A stretch of 53,624 bases of DNA from sequence record DRR378314_1513. One strand, written 5' to 3'. The first letter of the stretch is position 1. Every line of letters begins with the position of its first letter. The notes under the pieces are model-generated. The model ran no database searches. It had not been told where the DNA came from and worked only from the letters and a program-made list of their open reading frames with translations. Both the position numbers and the translations under genes were made by a program. Shown here one piece after another: positions 37,065 to 46,180 of this stretch.

Positions 37065-38000
37065 ATGCGTAGTCTACCCGCAATCTTCACGCTCCTCTGC
37101 ATTGTCTTCATACTGCCCGTCACAGCGCAAGCTGACCAAATTGGAAGTCACAAGAAGCCAATCCGGGTCATGCTGATCCCTGCCGATGGCGGGACCGAGG
37201 ATGGGACAAAGGCAGATTTTCAGCCATTGTTCGACGCCATCACGCAGTCAAGCGGATTGCAATTTCAAGTCAGTACGGGGCAAAGTTATGCCGCCGTGAT
37301 TGAAGGAATGTGCGCCGGACTGACAGACATCGCCTGGTTTGGCCCCGCCTCCTACATCGAAGCGAGGGACCGCGGCTGCGCCGAGTTGCTCGCGGTCGAA
37401 GAGAGAAACGGTTCTTCGACCTATTTCGCGGGACTGTTCGTTTCAGCAGATTCGGATTTCGAACAAACAGCAGACCTCAAGGAACACTCCATCGCGCTCG
37501 GGTCCAGCCACTCGGCCAGCAGTTTTTCCTACCCGCTCGCCATGCTTCGCAAGGTCAATATTGATCCGCTCAGAGACTTGTCGAGCATTCGAATTACCGG
37601 AAGTCATACCAACAGCCTGCTAGCACTAAAAAACGGACACGTAGACGCCGCAGGTGCTTCCTTCATTTCATTCGAGCGCGCGGTAAACCAGGGTGGCCTG
37701 GACGCGCGCAGCTTCAAGATACTTGCAAAGTCCGCACCCATTCCAAATCCGCCGATCGCAATGCACACTCAACTTCCCAGCGATATCAAAATGAAACTCA
37801 GGCAGGCGGTTGGCAATGTCCACACGAACAAAGATATCAATCCGGAAGCCATTCGCGGATATGGTGGCAAACGCGTGGATCGATATAACGTAAAGACGGG
37901 AGAAGCACTGTTCGATAGCGTCGTCGACGCCACGTCGTTTCTGACTGATGATTACATGGCGGCACTGTTGCGCAAGGCCGATTCCGCGAAACGCGGCTAA
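37065..38000 (+). CDS. phnD: Phosphate/phosphite/phosphonate ABC transporter substrate-binding protein
   Basis: Signal peptide, SYAAVIEGM...DIAWFGPASY, SASSFSYP, TGSH, PIPNPP; lies upstream of phnC/phnE. Confidence 0.85.
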   Translation: MRSLPAIFTLLCIVFILPVTAQADQIGSHKKPIRVMLIPADGGTEDGTKADFQPLFDAITQSSGLQFQVSTGQSYAAVIEGMCAGLTDIAWFGPASYIEARDRGCAELLAVEERNGSSTYFAGLFVSADSDFEQTADLKEHSIALGSSHSASSFSYPLAMLRKVNIDPLRDLSSIRITGSHTNSLLALKNGHVDAAGASFISFERAVNQGGLDARSFKILAKSAPIPNPPIAMHTQLPSDIKMKLRQAVGNVHTNKDINPEAIRGYGGKRVDRYNVKTGEALFDSVVDATSFLTDDYMAALLRKADSAKRG

Positions 38001-38027
38001 GCCCCTGTCTCCAAACCTGGAATTCAA

Positions 38028-38801
38028 ATGACAGAACAAGTCACCCCGGCGCTCGCCCTCTCAGGTGTATTCAAATCGTACGAGACTGGCACCAATGTTC
38101 TCTCCAATTTCAATCTCGCCATCCAACCAGGATCTTTCTGCGTCCTGTTAGGGGCCTCGGGATCGGGAAAGTCTACGCTGCTAAAGTGTATTGCTGGCCT
38201 GACACCGCTGGATGCCGGAGATATTCGGCTGCACGGCACACCACTTTCACGAAAGCGCTTGCAAGACATGGGAATGGTGCACCAGGATTTTGGGCTGTCA
38301 GACCGTTTGACCGCTGCGCAAAATGTCATGTCGGGCACCGCCCCTTCGGTCAGTTGGTGGCGCGTCGCGCTTCAACTCTACTCTCGCACAACACAACAAA
38401 AAGCATGCGCTTTGTTGGAGCGCGTGGGACTTACCGAAGCGCATGCCAATCGTACCACGGACAAGCTATCTGGCGGTCAGAAGCAAAGAGTAGGTATCGC
38501 GCGTGCGCTCATCTCAGATCCACGTCTTATCTTGGCCGACGAACCGGTTGCGAGCCTTGACCCCAGATCCTCTTCCGAAGTCATGAGCCTGCTGAAGAAT
38601 GCAGCAAATGAACGCGGCGCGTCCGTACTCTGCTCCCTGCACCAGATTGATCTCGCGCGAGCATATGCGGACCGCATCATTGGCCTCAAGCATGGACACA
38701 TTGTTTTCGACGGACCGCCGGACGCGCTCACACACGATACGATCCGTTTGATTTTCGACATCGAAGCCAGCGCACCTGAACGACAGCTGGAGATCGCCTA
38801 G
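38028..38801 (+). CDS. phnC: Phosphonate-type ABC transporter ATPase
   Basis: GASGSGKSTLL, LSGGQKQRVGIARAL, ILADEPVASLDP, CSLHQIDLA. Confidence 0.9.
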   Translation: MTEQVTPALALSGVFKSYETGTNVLSNFNLAIQPGSFCVLLGASGSGKSTLLKCIAGLTPLDAGDIRLHGTPLSRKRLQDMGMVHQDFGLSDRLTAAQNVMSGTAPSVSWWRVALQLYSRTTQQKACALLERVGLTEAHANRTTDKLSGGQKQRVGIARALISDPRLILADEPVASLDPRSSSEVMSLLKNAANERGASVLCSLHQIDLARAYADRIIGLKHGHIVFDGPPDALTHDTIRLIFDIEASAPERQLEIA

Positions 38802-39815
38802 ATGTCGATGATGACCACAAGGACTTCCGTACCAGATTGGCGTCTCAGGCAACCTTTCGGATGGAAATCGGTTGTCGGCCTGCTCGCCATACTTTTTGTG
38901 GCCTGCCTTTCGGCAGAACGGGTTCAATTGGACCGTATGGCTATCGAGATAGGCAGTTTCTCGCTGGAGCTGGCAGGTCTTTCTGAAGGATCACAGATTG
39001 GTCGCGGCGTGGAAAGTGTGACGCGCGACATGTTTCCAATCGCCATATCGGAAAAAAGACCACTCGATCTGGTCGAAGATTTTGACGCGAACGCTCTCCC
39101 ATTTTGGGCCCACATAGAGACAGAATACGTTGAGACAACAACCCTTGATCCGGATACTCTTCAGATGAGCACCATCACTGAAGAGCAACGTTTTCTTGTC
39201 CAACCAATTGGATACCTCGTCTTTGTTCTGGGCAAAATGCTGGAAACAATCGAGATTGCTATATGGGCAAGCCTGATCGCCATTATACTTAGCCTTCCGC
39301 TCGCCTGGCTTGGATCATCGAACTACTCTCCCCACCCTCTCGTCTATGCATGCGCAAGAGGTTTTGTCTCGTTCCTTCGTTCGATACCTGAACTCATCAG
39401 TGCACTGTTTCTTGTGCTCGCCTTTGGCTTCGGCCCAATCGCCGGAATTCTGGCGCTAACTTTCCACAGTATTGGGTTCCTTGGAAAGTTCTACGCCGAG
39501 GACGTCGAGGCAGCGAATGTGAGCCCTCAGAACGCCATGAAGGCCGCCGGAGCGGGAACATTCACAATTCTGAGAATCGCGGTGCTGCCCCAGGTGTTGC
39601 CGAGCTATATCGGCCTGTCTCTCTACATACTCGACCGAAACATACGGATGGCTACAGTTATCGGCCTGGTGGGCGCGGGAGGGATCGGTCAAGAGCTCAA
39701 GGGCCGGTTCGATATGTTCCAATACGACCGAGTCGGAACGATTCTTCTTGTGATCTTTCTGACTGTCGTCGCGCTTGACATCATCTCGGCGCGCTTCCGA
39801 AAACGCTTGGTCTAA
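38802..39815 (+). CDS. phnE: Phosphonate-type ABC transporter permease
   Basis: RSIPELI, GFLGKFYAEDVE, NIRMATVIGLVGAGGIGQEL. Confidence 0.9.
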   Translation: MSMMTTRTSVPDWRLRQPFGWKSVVGLLAILFVACLSAERVQLDRMAIEIGSFSLELAGLSEGSQIGRGVESVTRDMFPIAISEKRPLDLVEDFDANALPFWAHIETEYVETTTLDPDTLQMSTITEEQRFLVQPIGYLVFVLGKMLETIEIAIWASLIAIILSLPLAWLGSSNYSPHPLVYACARGFVSFLRSIPELISALFLVLAFGFGPIAGILALTFHSIGFLGKFYAEDVEAANVSPQNAMKAAGAGTFTILRIAVLPQVLPSYIGLSLYILDRNIRMATVIGLVGAGGIGQELKGRFDMFQYDRVGTILLVIFLTVVALDIISARFRKRLV

Positions 39816-39880
39816 CTCCACGCCTGCCACCTCGCCTGACCTCGTTGAATAGGGCCTGGCACTTCACAAACAACGGGAAC

Positions 39881-40696
39881 GGCGTTGTCAAAGGAACCGG
39901 GCTTGAGGTGAGCATATCTGGTGTTTAACCTCGGTATATGACCAAGAACCCGTTCCGCTACTTCAAGACATCTCCCGAAATCATCCAGCTTGCGGTCATG
40001 ATGTATGTCCGATTTCCGCTGTCATTGAGGAATGTTGAAGACCTGCTCCATGAACGCGGCATCGACATTTGCCACGAAACGGTCCGTCACTGGGTTGATC
40101 GCTTCGGCACTTACTTCGCGCACAAGATCCGCAAACGTCGATCGGAGGGTATGAAGCAAAGTCCTCAGTGGCAATGGCACCTGGACGAGGTCTTTGTAAA
40201 GATCCGTGGTCAGACTCACTATCTGTGGCGTGCCGTCGACCACGAGGGCGAAGTTCTCGAGTCCTTTATGACAATGACGCGCGACAAGGCTTCAGCATTG
40301 AAATTTATGAGAAAAGCCATGAAGCGCTATGGTAATCCCAAGGTGGTCGTGACGGATAAATGCCCTTCATATCGGGCGGCCATGAAAGTGATCGGGAACG
40401 AGGGCCGCCAGGAGACTGGCCGGCATCTCAACAATCGCGCTGAGAATTCACACTTGCCATTTCGAAGGCGGGAGCGAGCTATGTCCCGTTTTCGGCGCAT
40501 GCGAAGTCTCCAGAAATTCGCTTCAATCCATTCGTCTGTGTACAACCACTTCAATCACCAAAGAAATATCGAGAGTAGAGCCAGGTTTAAATCATTGCGT
40601 GACGCTGCTCTTCTCGAATGGCGCGAGTTGATCGCCGCCTGAGATCTGCTTGCCCCCGGAAAAACGGAGACTGGTTCGAGTTTGTCTGACAGCACC
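39881..40696 (+). mobile_element. IS6 family insertion sequence, apparently intact
   Basis: Imperfect terminal inverted repeats GGCGTTGTCA (39881) and TGACAGCACC (40696); 816 bp; no target duplication visible. Confidence 0.9.
39938..40642 (+). CDS. IS6 family DDE transposase
   Basis: WHLDEVFVKI, LWRAVD, VVTDK, NNRAENSH; 234 aa. Confidence 0.95.
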   Translation: MTKNPFRYFKTSPEIIQLAVMMYVRFPLSLRNVEDLLHERGIDICHETVRHWVDRFGTYFAHKIRKRRSEGMKQSPQWQWHLDEVFVKIRGQTHYLWRAVDHEGEVLESFMTMTRDKASALKFMRKAMKRYGNPKVVVTDKCPSYRAAMKVIGNEGRQETGRHLNNRAENSHLPFRRRERAMSRFRRMRSLQKFASIHSSVYNHFNHQRNIESRARFKSLRDAALLEWRELIAA

Positions 40697-41299
40697 TCGA
40701 CGGGCATATTCGGCGTATATCGGCAAAAGTTCTGCGAGACGGTTATCTTTCACCGCCTGGGTGATTGTCGGTGTACCGTCCCCAAAGACGTCCGTGTTGA
40801 GAAGGTATTTGTCGAACGGTTTCACGACGCGGGTGCCGCGTTGCCATCCGAGCTCCGGAACCCAGCGTGTGCCGGGCGCCACGGTATCGTAGGCGAACTC
40901 GACTTCCGGTGTGATGTTCGTGCCGAGCCAGTAGGCGTCTATACCATCCTTGGTGCCACGCTGAGCGATCGCGTTTGTGCGCTCACCGGACTGCATTTTC
41001 TCGAGATCGCGAACGCGGATTTCATCTTGGTAGACATTCTGAGGCTTTGCGATTGTACCCGGGTCTTTGCCCTTTCCAGCGGCGGCGCGCTCACAATCCA
41101 GCGCAAAGCTGATCTCGCTATCGGTGACCTCGCCGCTGCTTGAGGCCATTTTGGCGGCGATGCGGTCATATTCGGCGCCGCACTGAAGCTGCGCATCCGA
41201 CGGTAGCGCAAACAGAGCAGCCATGAATGTCACTACCGTCGACATGCCGAACAGGCGGTGCGCAGAAATAATGCTCATTACAATCCCCAAAACGTCCAA
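40697..41299 (-). pseudogene. Secreted hypothetical protein interrupted by IS6 (ORF reads through into the IS end to 40592)
   Basis: Signal-peptide-like N-terminus. After ...YAEYARR, the residues GAVRQTRT... are encoded by the IS6 right end. Confidence 0.55.
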
Positions 41300-41683
41300 T
41301 CAGGACCACCAACGGACGCCACCATCAAGCAGAAAAATACGCCTTGGTTGACTGAAATCCCCCATGCTCCGCTCGGGAAAAGGAGGGAAAGCTGTTCAAT
41401 CGGTCCCACTTATTTAATGCATGGCCTCGCCTTTCCTTCCTACATGCTCTTTCTGAAAGCGTCTTTCACCCTTGGGGGTGAAGCGATGAATCTCGCGCCT
41501 TTCTAGGCTTCATTTACTTGATGGAGAGGGTACTGTTGCATTTGGCGATTGGAGCCGGCGGCGGATTTCGGGCGCAAAATCTCCCTTGTTCCGGAAACGG
41601 AGACGCAGCCCTGGCGCTAAAGCCCGCGGGGTGTAGAGCTTCGCGCGGAGGTGACGGTACTTTTCTCTGTTTGGGGGTGTGGC

Positions 41684-41710
41684 TGGCGGAGAGAGAGGGA
41701 CTCTCCGCCA
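41684..41710. other. att-like site: tRNA (probably Ser) 3'-end duplication forming a symmetric core
   Basis: TGGCGGAGAG-AGAGGGA-CTCTCCGCCA; the minus strand of 41700-41684 reads TCCCTCTCTCTCCGCCA; about 90 bp upstream of an integrase. Confidence 0.7.
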
Positions 41711-41801
41711 TACATCTATATTCCCTAAATATTTCAAAACACACTGATTTTCTTTATATAAATCCCTTTACAGGCTTCACACATTACGTCACACAACCCT
41801 C

Positions 41802-43529
41802 ATGAAGCCTGTTCCCCACACCATTCAGAAAAACCGGACGTACCACTTTAAGCGGCGCGTGCCCGCTGACGTTCAGAACCACCCGGAGTTTGGAGGAAAG
41901 CAGTTCGTTCAATTCAGTTTAAGAACTAAAGAACGTAGCGATGCCGTCCGCGAAGCCGCCTTAGCATCCGAACAGTTTGAATCAAAAGTTCGCAGGGCTC
42001 GGGGGTCAGGCCGCAAAAGCGCTCAGTCGCCATTCATGGATCTCGCTTATGAAGACCGCTCCGATAGCTTGCCCAAGCAAATCATAGACATGATGGCCAT
42101 CGAGTCCGTAGCGGACTTCAGTACGCGATATGAACGTCACAATGACAGCCAGCTTTTGCAAGCAGATCAATCGTCCTCTCAACCTAGCGAAACCTTTATG
42201 GGCTTTGCAGGAGGCATCACAGTGGAGACATGGAGCGCCAGGCTTAAGGAGCTAGAAAATGAACCCCGGAATCCCGACACGATCGCGAAAGCTCGCCGGA
42301 GTCTGGCCAAATTTGGGTTCACGGTGAACGAAGAATCCGAGGATTTTGGGCGGCTCTGCTACGCCATGTCTGCCGCCGAAACTGAAGCAATTTCAGAACT
42401 CCTGAATAAGCCAGTGATCAATCCCAAATACGCCTGTGCCGGCCACCAGAGTAAGTATACATCCTCTAGCTCATTTACCGTGAGTGATGCAGCAGATCTG
42501 TATCGCAGAATCAATTCTGATAAGACTGCGATGCTGAAGAAGCTGAAGGTCGCTACGCGCGCTTGGACACAATTGGTCGGTAAAGAATACTTTCAAATGA
42601 TAACCAAGGGAGATGTGCATGAATTCGTGGATGCTCTGAAAAGTGTTCCAACGAATGCGTCAGAACGCTTTCCCCGTCACACCCTGAAAGAAGCAATTCG
42701 ACTAAACGATGATCGTGCATCCCCCTACCCCACACTATCAATGAAAACTATCAAGGCAGGGTATCTTTCTCCACTTCAAACCATCGCACGGATCGCACAT
42801 GAGCGGGAAAACATTCAATCAAACCCCTTCTTTGATTTGCGAATTCGCGGGGGTACTACGCCGGGTGCGCGGCGCAGAGCGTTCACTGTATCTGAGTTAA
42901 ATCACATTTTTGAACACCCGATTTACTCGGGCTGCGCAAGCATCCATCGTCGTAACTCACCAGGCGATAGGATTGTTAGGGATCACTATTTCTGGCCCGC
43001 CCCAATAGCCTTGTTCACAGGACTAAGGGCGGAGGAGATTGCTAATCTCAGGACTGACGACTTCAAGCTGAACGAAGCAGGCTATCCACCACATATTCAT
43101 GTGCGTGGAACAAAAACACGAGCGGCTGACCGACATGTCCCTATTCATCCGAACTTGTTTGAGATCGGACTGGTCGATTTTGTCCGATGCCAGCAGCAAT
43201 CGAAACACTCGCTGCTCTTCCCAGCTTGGCAGGTTTCGGCCGGGAAATCCAAGTCAAGCGGTCGGCCGATCCGGAACTTTAATGAGAAGGTAGTCGATCA
43301 CAACTTGTTTAAGCCACCGGTTCCAACGTTCCACTGCTTTCGCCAGACACTCCGGACCGAACTTGAGCGGGCGGGACTGCAAGACGGCATACGTAAAGTG
43401 GTCATGGGACACAAACTCGAAGGCATGGATGGTCATTATCTGAAACTAACTATTCTCGACACGTACAAACCTTTCTGTGACGCAGTCAGGTACGTCGGAC
43501 TAGATTTGGAGAAGTTCATGAGACGCTAG
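41802..43529 (+). CDS. Tyrosine recombinase/integrase with DUF6538-like N-terminal domain
   Basis: N-terminal TYHFKRRVPADV...SLRTKERSDA; catalytic R (TGLRAEEI), K (GTKT), HxxR (FHCFRQT), H (MGH) and Y (GHYL). Confidence 0.9.
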   Translation: MKPVPHTIQKNRTYHFKRRVPADVQNHPEFGGKQFVQFSLRTKERSDAVREAALASEQFESKVRRARGSGRKSAQSPFMDLAYEDRSDSLPKQIIDMMAIESVADFSTRYERHNDSQLLQADQSSSQPSETFMGFAGGITVETWSARLKELENEPRNPDTIAKARRSLAKFGFTVNEESEDFGRLCYAMSAAETEAISELLNKPVINPKYACAGHQSKYTSSSSFTVSDAADLYRRINSDKTAMLKKLKVATRAWTQLVGKEYFQMITKGDVHEFVDALKSVPTNASERFPRHTLKEAIRLNDDRASPYPTLSMKTIKAGYLSPLQTIARIAHERENIQSNPFFDLRIRGGTTPGARRRAFTVSELNHIFEHPIYSGCASIHRRNSPGDRIVRDHYFWPAPIALFTGLRAEEIANLRTDDFKLNEAGYPPHIHVRGTKTRAADRHVPIHPNLFEIGLVDFVRCQQQSKHSLLFPAWQVSAGKSKSSGRPIRNFNEKVVDHNLFKPPVPTFHCFRQTLRTELERAGLQDGIRKVVMGHKLEGMDGHYLKLTILDTYKPFCDAVRYVGLDLEKFMRR

Positions 43530-43577
43530 CGCAGTCCACAAATCCATCACACCCGCACATAAGAAAAAGGAAACATA

Positions 43578-44585
43578 ATGGGTAAAAAAAATCGCGCCGA
43601 GAGCTCTCGCATCTGCCGCAGCACCGAACGCCTCACCGCTGAAATCATTTCAAAATTTAAGTCAAATCATCTGCTAGATGATGAAGGCGTGCCTGTAGCT
43701 CCAGTTATAAGTAACTATATTCAGGATAAGTGCACTGACTTCAGGATATTCCACAACCCTCACACCAACAAGCGTGAGCAGCGCGGCGGAGACAAACTGA
43801 AACGCCACCCGATAGACGCTATTCTCAATGCTGACAAAGACTTCTCGTATAGCGAAGCGCATATTCCCCTTCCACAGAGGTGGAACGATACTTCCCAGGT
43901 ACTCAAGCGTTACATGTACCTTGATGCCCTTCGGTTTACCAATACGCCACATCGGCCGATCTGTTTCTGGATCAGTCAGGAACTCATTCTAGAAGCCATT
44001 TCCAGAAAGGAGAATTTGGCCGCATGGATGCATAAACGCATCTCTGCACGACTTACACGACTCTTTGGAGATACGGAGTTCGGCCTTTGGTTTCATCTGG
44101 AGCACATTCCAGGTCAGTCCGACAAGGTTCACGCTCATGGATTGATCTTTGTCGACGATGAATCATGGTTCAAGCCACGCAGCATTCGTTACACTCATCT
44201 AAGGCGTCATATTCGTGAGGCCACCGGCTTCAATTCGGATATACATACCGGTGATATTGATAAGGAACGCTGGGTCCACACCCCAGGAAAGCGGCTCAAT
44301 CACGGATATGTAGATTATTGCGTGAAGTCCCGACGCGAACGCACTGCTCACCCTCGGTTCAACATCACCAAGTTGATGCCACACTATGTTGGAGTTCCCT
44401 CTGCGGAGATAGGACATCGTCTGGAAGCGGTGAGCGCCTCACTGACCCGCCGCGCCAAACATTTCTATCAAGGAGTCCTGCCGACTGTTCGTGGGTTCAT
44501 GACCGGCGATGTGCTTCACTGGGACGACAATCAGTGGATAGCCGCAGGTGCAGCCATGACCGATGGCCTGGACATGTTGCTGTAG
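43578..44585 (+). CDS. Hypothetical protein with HUH-endonuclease-like motifs (Rep/relaxase-like)
   Basis: LWFHLE...KVHAHGLIFV (HUH) and downstream GYVDYCVK (YxxK); AAGGA RBS; 48 bp after the integrase stop, same strand. Confidence 0.6.
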   Translation: MGKKNRAESSRICRSTERLTAEIISKFKSNHLLDDEGVPVAPVISNYIQDKCTDFRIFHNPHTNKREQRGGDKLKRHPIDAILNADKDFSYSEAHIPLPQRWNDTSQVLKRYMYLDALRFTNTPHRPICFWISQELILEAISRKENLAAWMHKRISARLTRLFGDTEFGLWFHLEHIPGQSDKVHAHGLIFVDDESWFKPRSIRYTHLRRHIREATGFNSDIHTGDIDKERWVHTPGKRLNHGYVDYCVKSRRERTAHPRFNITKLMPHYVGVPSAEIGHRLEAVSASLTRRAKHFYQGVLPTVRGFMTGDVLHWDDNQWIAAGAAMTDGLDMLL

Positions 44586-44606
44586 GTGAAAGAGCAACAA
44601 GCTTTC

Positions 44607-44789
44607 TCTGGCGGATTTCATTCCGGAAGTCCGTCAGAACGACCCCCTTCAACCTAAAAATCCCTACAGTCGACTCAGATTGCTCGCTGACGCGCATTGT
44701 CGGAATTTCCGACACAAACCACCAAGTGCACCTAATCGACTCTCCTGCGCGCTCTGAGGGCGCGCTCGCCTCAGAGGAGAAGTCTTAGG
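44607..44789. repeat. Cluster of three inverted repeats
   Basis: 44607-44638 TCTGGCGGATTT/AAGTCCGTCAGA; 44698-44714 TGTCGGAA-T-TTCCGACA; 44731-44789 long imperfect hairpin with a CTCTGAGG/CCTCAGAG core. Confidence 0.7.
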
Positions 44790-45137
44790 GTCGCTCCGAC
44801 AAGCTCACCCTGATGCTTCGGCATTTACCCTGACAAGGATGTTGAACTACCCATACTCTGAGATGCGGCCGGATCGTCGGGCAGATCCAGCTTCAGCAGG
44901 CTGTTCACAATCCTCATCGTTCTGAAGCAACAGAACAGTTTTTTTCCATCGATTGGAGCCAACCAGCAGTATTGGTCAACTCGGGTCTGGCTCCTTTGAC
45001 AAGCCCGTCGCAAACTGGATGATCTTCTGCATTGCAATGAGTTAGCGAAAAGGTGATTTCATCCCTTCGCGAATGTACGCCTTAGAGACCCCCTCCTTGA
45101 AGCCAGTTCTTATCTCAATACCGCTGCGGCAAATCTG

Positions 45138-45163
45138 TGATACACATCAACAATATTGTGTCA
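45138..45163. promoter_or_regulatory. Candidate operator upstream of the esterase
   Basis: TGATACACATCAACAATATTGTGTCA resembles 48501-48526 and 48543-48566. Confidence 0.45.
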
Positions 45164-45232
45164 GAGTCTCAGCTTGTGCTGTATTCTTCCGGTACCCCAT
45201 ATGCAAACCAACAGGGAGCGAGATGAAGCATC

Positions 45233-46180
45233 ATGACTTCAAAGCAAATGAAGGTGAGCGAGCTGCACCCCCAGGTGCAAAAGCAAGTTGCGAGGATGCC
45301 AACCATAGCTCTTGGAAATCCGCTGCTGCGTATCCTGATGAAATCGATCATGGCAATCGCCTTCCGGTCGCAGGCCGATGCTAAAGTTCGCAGGCACACC
45401 GTAAAACTCGAACATGCCAGCGTTCGCATATACGAACCGGTCGGCGAACACACTGGCGCTGGGATGCTGTTCATTCACGGTGGTGGATACGTAATGGGCC
45501 GGGCAAGAATGAACGATCCTGATTGCAATCGGATCGTCCGCGAACTCGGCATGTCTGTGGTGTCAGTAGACTATCGACTGGCGCCCAAGCATCCGTACCC
45601 GGCGCCGCTCGACGATTGCTACAAAGCCTGGTTGTGGTTTCTGGACAACGCTGAACCCATGGGAGTTGATCCTTCCAGAATTGTCGTCGCAGGCCAGAGC
45701 GCAGGGGGCGGCCTGGCGGCAGCACTCTGCCAGAGGATTCTGGATGAAGGCGGCCGGCAGCCGGCCGCGCAGCTTCTTTATTATCCGATGATCGACGACC
45801 GAACGGCAACACGGGAAGACCTCACACCAGTCCGGCATATCGCCTGGAACAATGAGAACAATTTTTTCGGCTGGTCTGCTTATCTGGGACATCCGCCGGA
45901 TGACGGATCGGAGATTCCGCGTTGGGCTGTGCCGTCACGTCGCCCCGACTTGTCGAATTTGCCGCCAGCCTGGATCGGGGTTGGCGACAAGGATCTCTTC
46001 TACGGTGAAAACCTCGACTATGCGGAACGGCTCTTGAAAGACGGCGTAGAGAGCGAACTGGAAATTGTTGAAGATGTTCCCCACGGGTTTGACGCCTTGG
46101 CCCCCGAAGCAGACATCTCACGTGATTTCCGCGAGGCATCATTCGATTTCCTGCGTCTACGGCTTGGCATTGACAGCTGA
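45233..46180 (+). CDS. Alpha/beta hydrolase, HSL-family esterase
   Basis: HGGGY oxyanion motif, DYRLAP, GQSAGG nucleophile, catalytic HGF. Confidence 0.92.
   Translation: MTSKQMKVSELHPQVQKQVARMPTIALGNPLLRILMKSIMAIAFRSQADAKVRRHTVKLEHASVRIYEPVGEHTGAGMLFIHGGGYVMGRARMNDPDCNRIVRELGMSVVSVDYRLAPKHPYPAPLDDCYKAWLWFLDNAEPMGVDPSRIVVAGQSAGGGLAAALCQRILDEGGRQPAAQLLYYPMIDDRTATREDLTPVRHIAWNNENNFFGWSAYLGHPPDDGSEIPRWAVPSRRPDLSNLPPAWIGVGDKDLFYGENLDYAERLLKDGVESELEIVEDVPHGFDALAPEADISRDFREASFDFLRLRLGIDS

Noticed and set aside
37065-39815. Phosphite oxidation (ptxABCD) or C-P lyase operon call
   Set aside because: No ptxD dehydrogenase or phnG-M genes occur in the window.
39873-40704. Target-site duplication around the intact IS6
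   Set aside because: The 8-bp flanks ACGGGAAC and TCGACGGG do not match.
41620-41790. Complete tRNA gene at the att site
   Set aside because: Only 17 nt of the 3' end match; the TTCGAA T-loop and the rest of the cloverleaf are absent.
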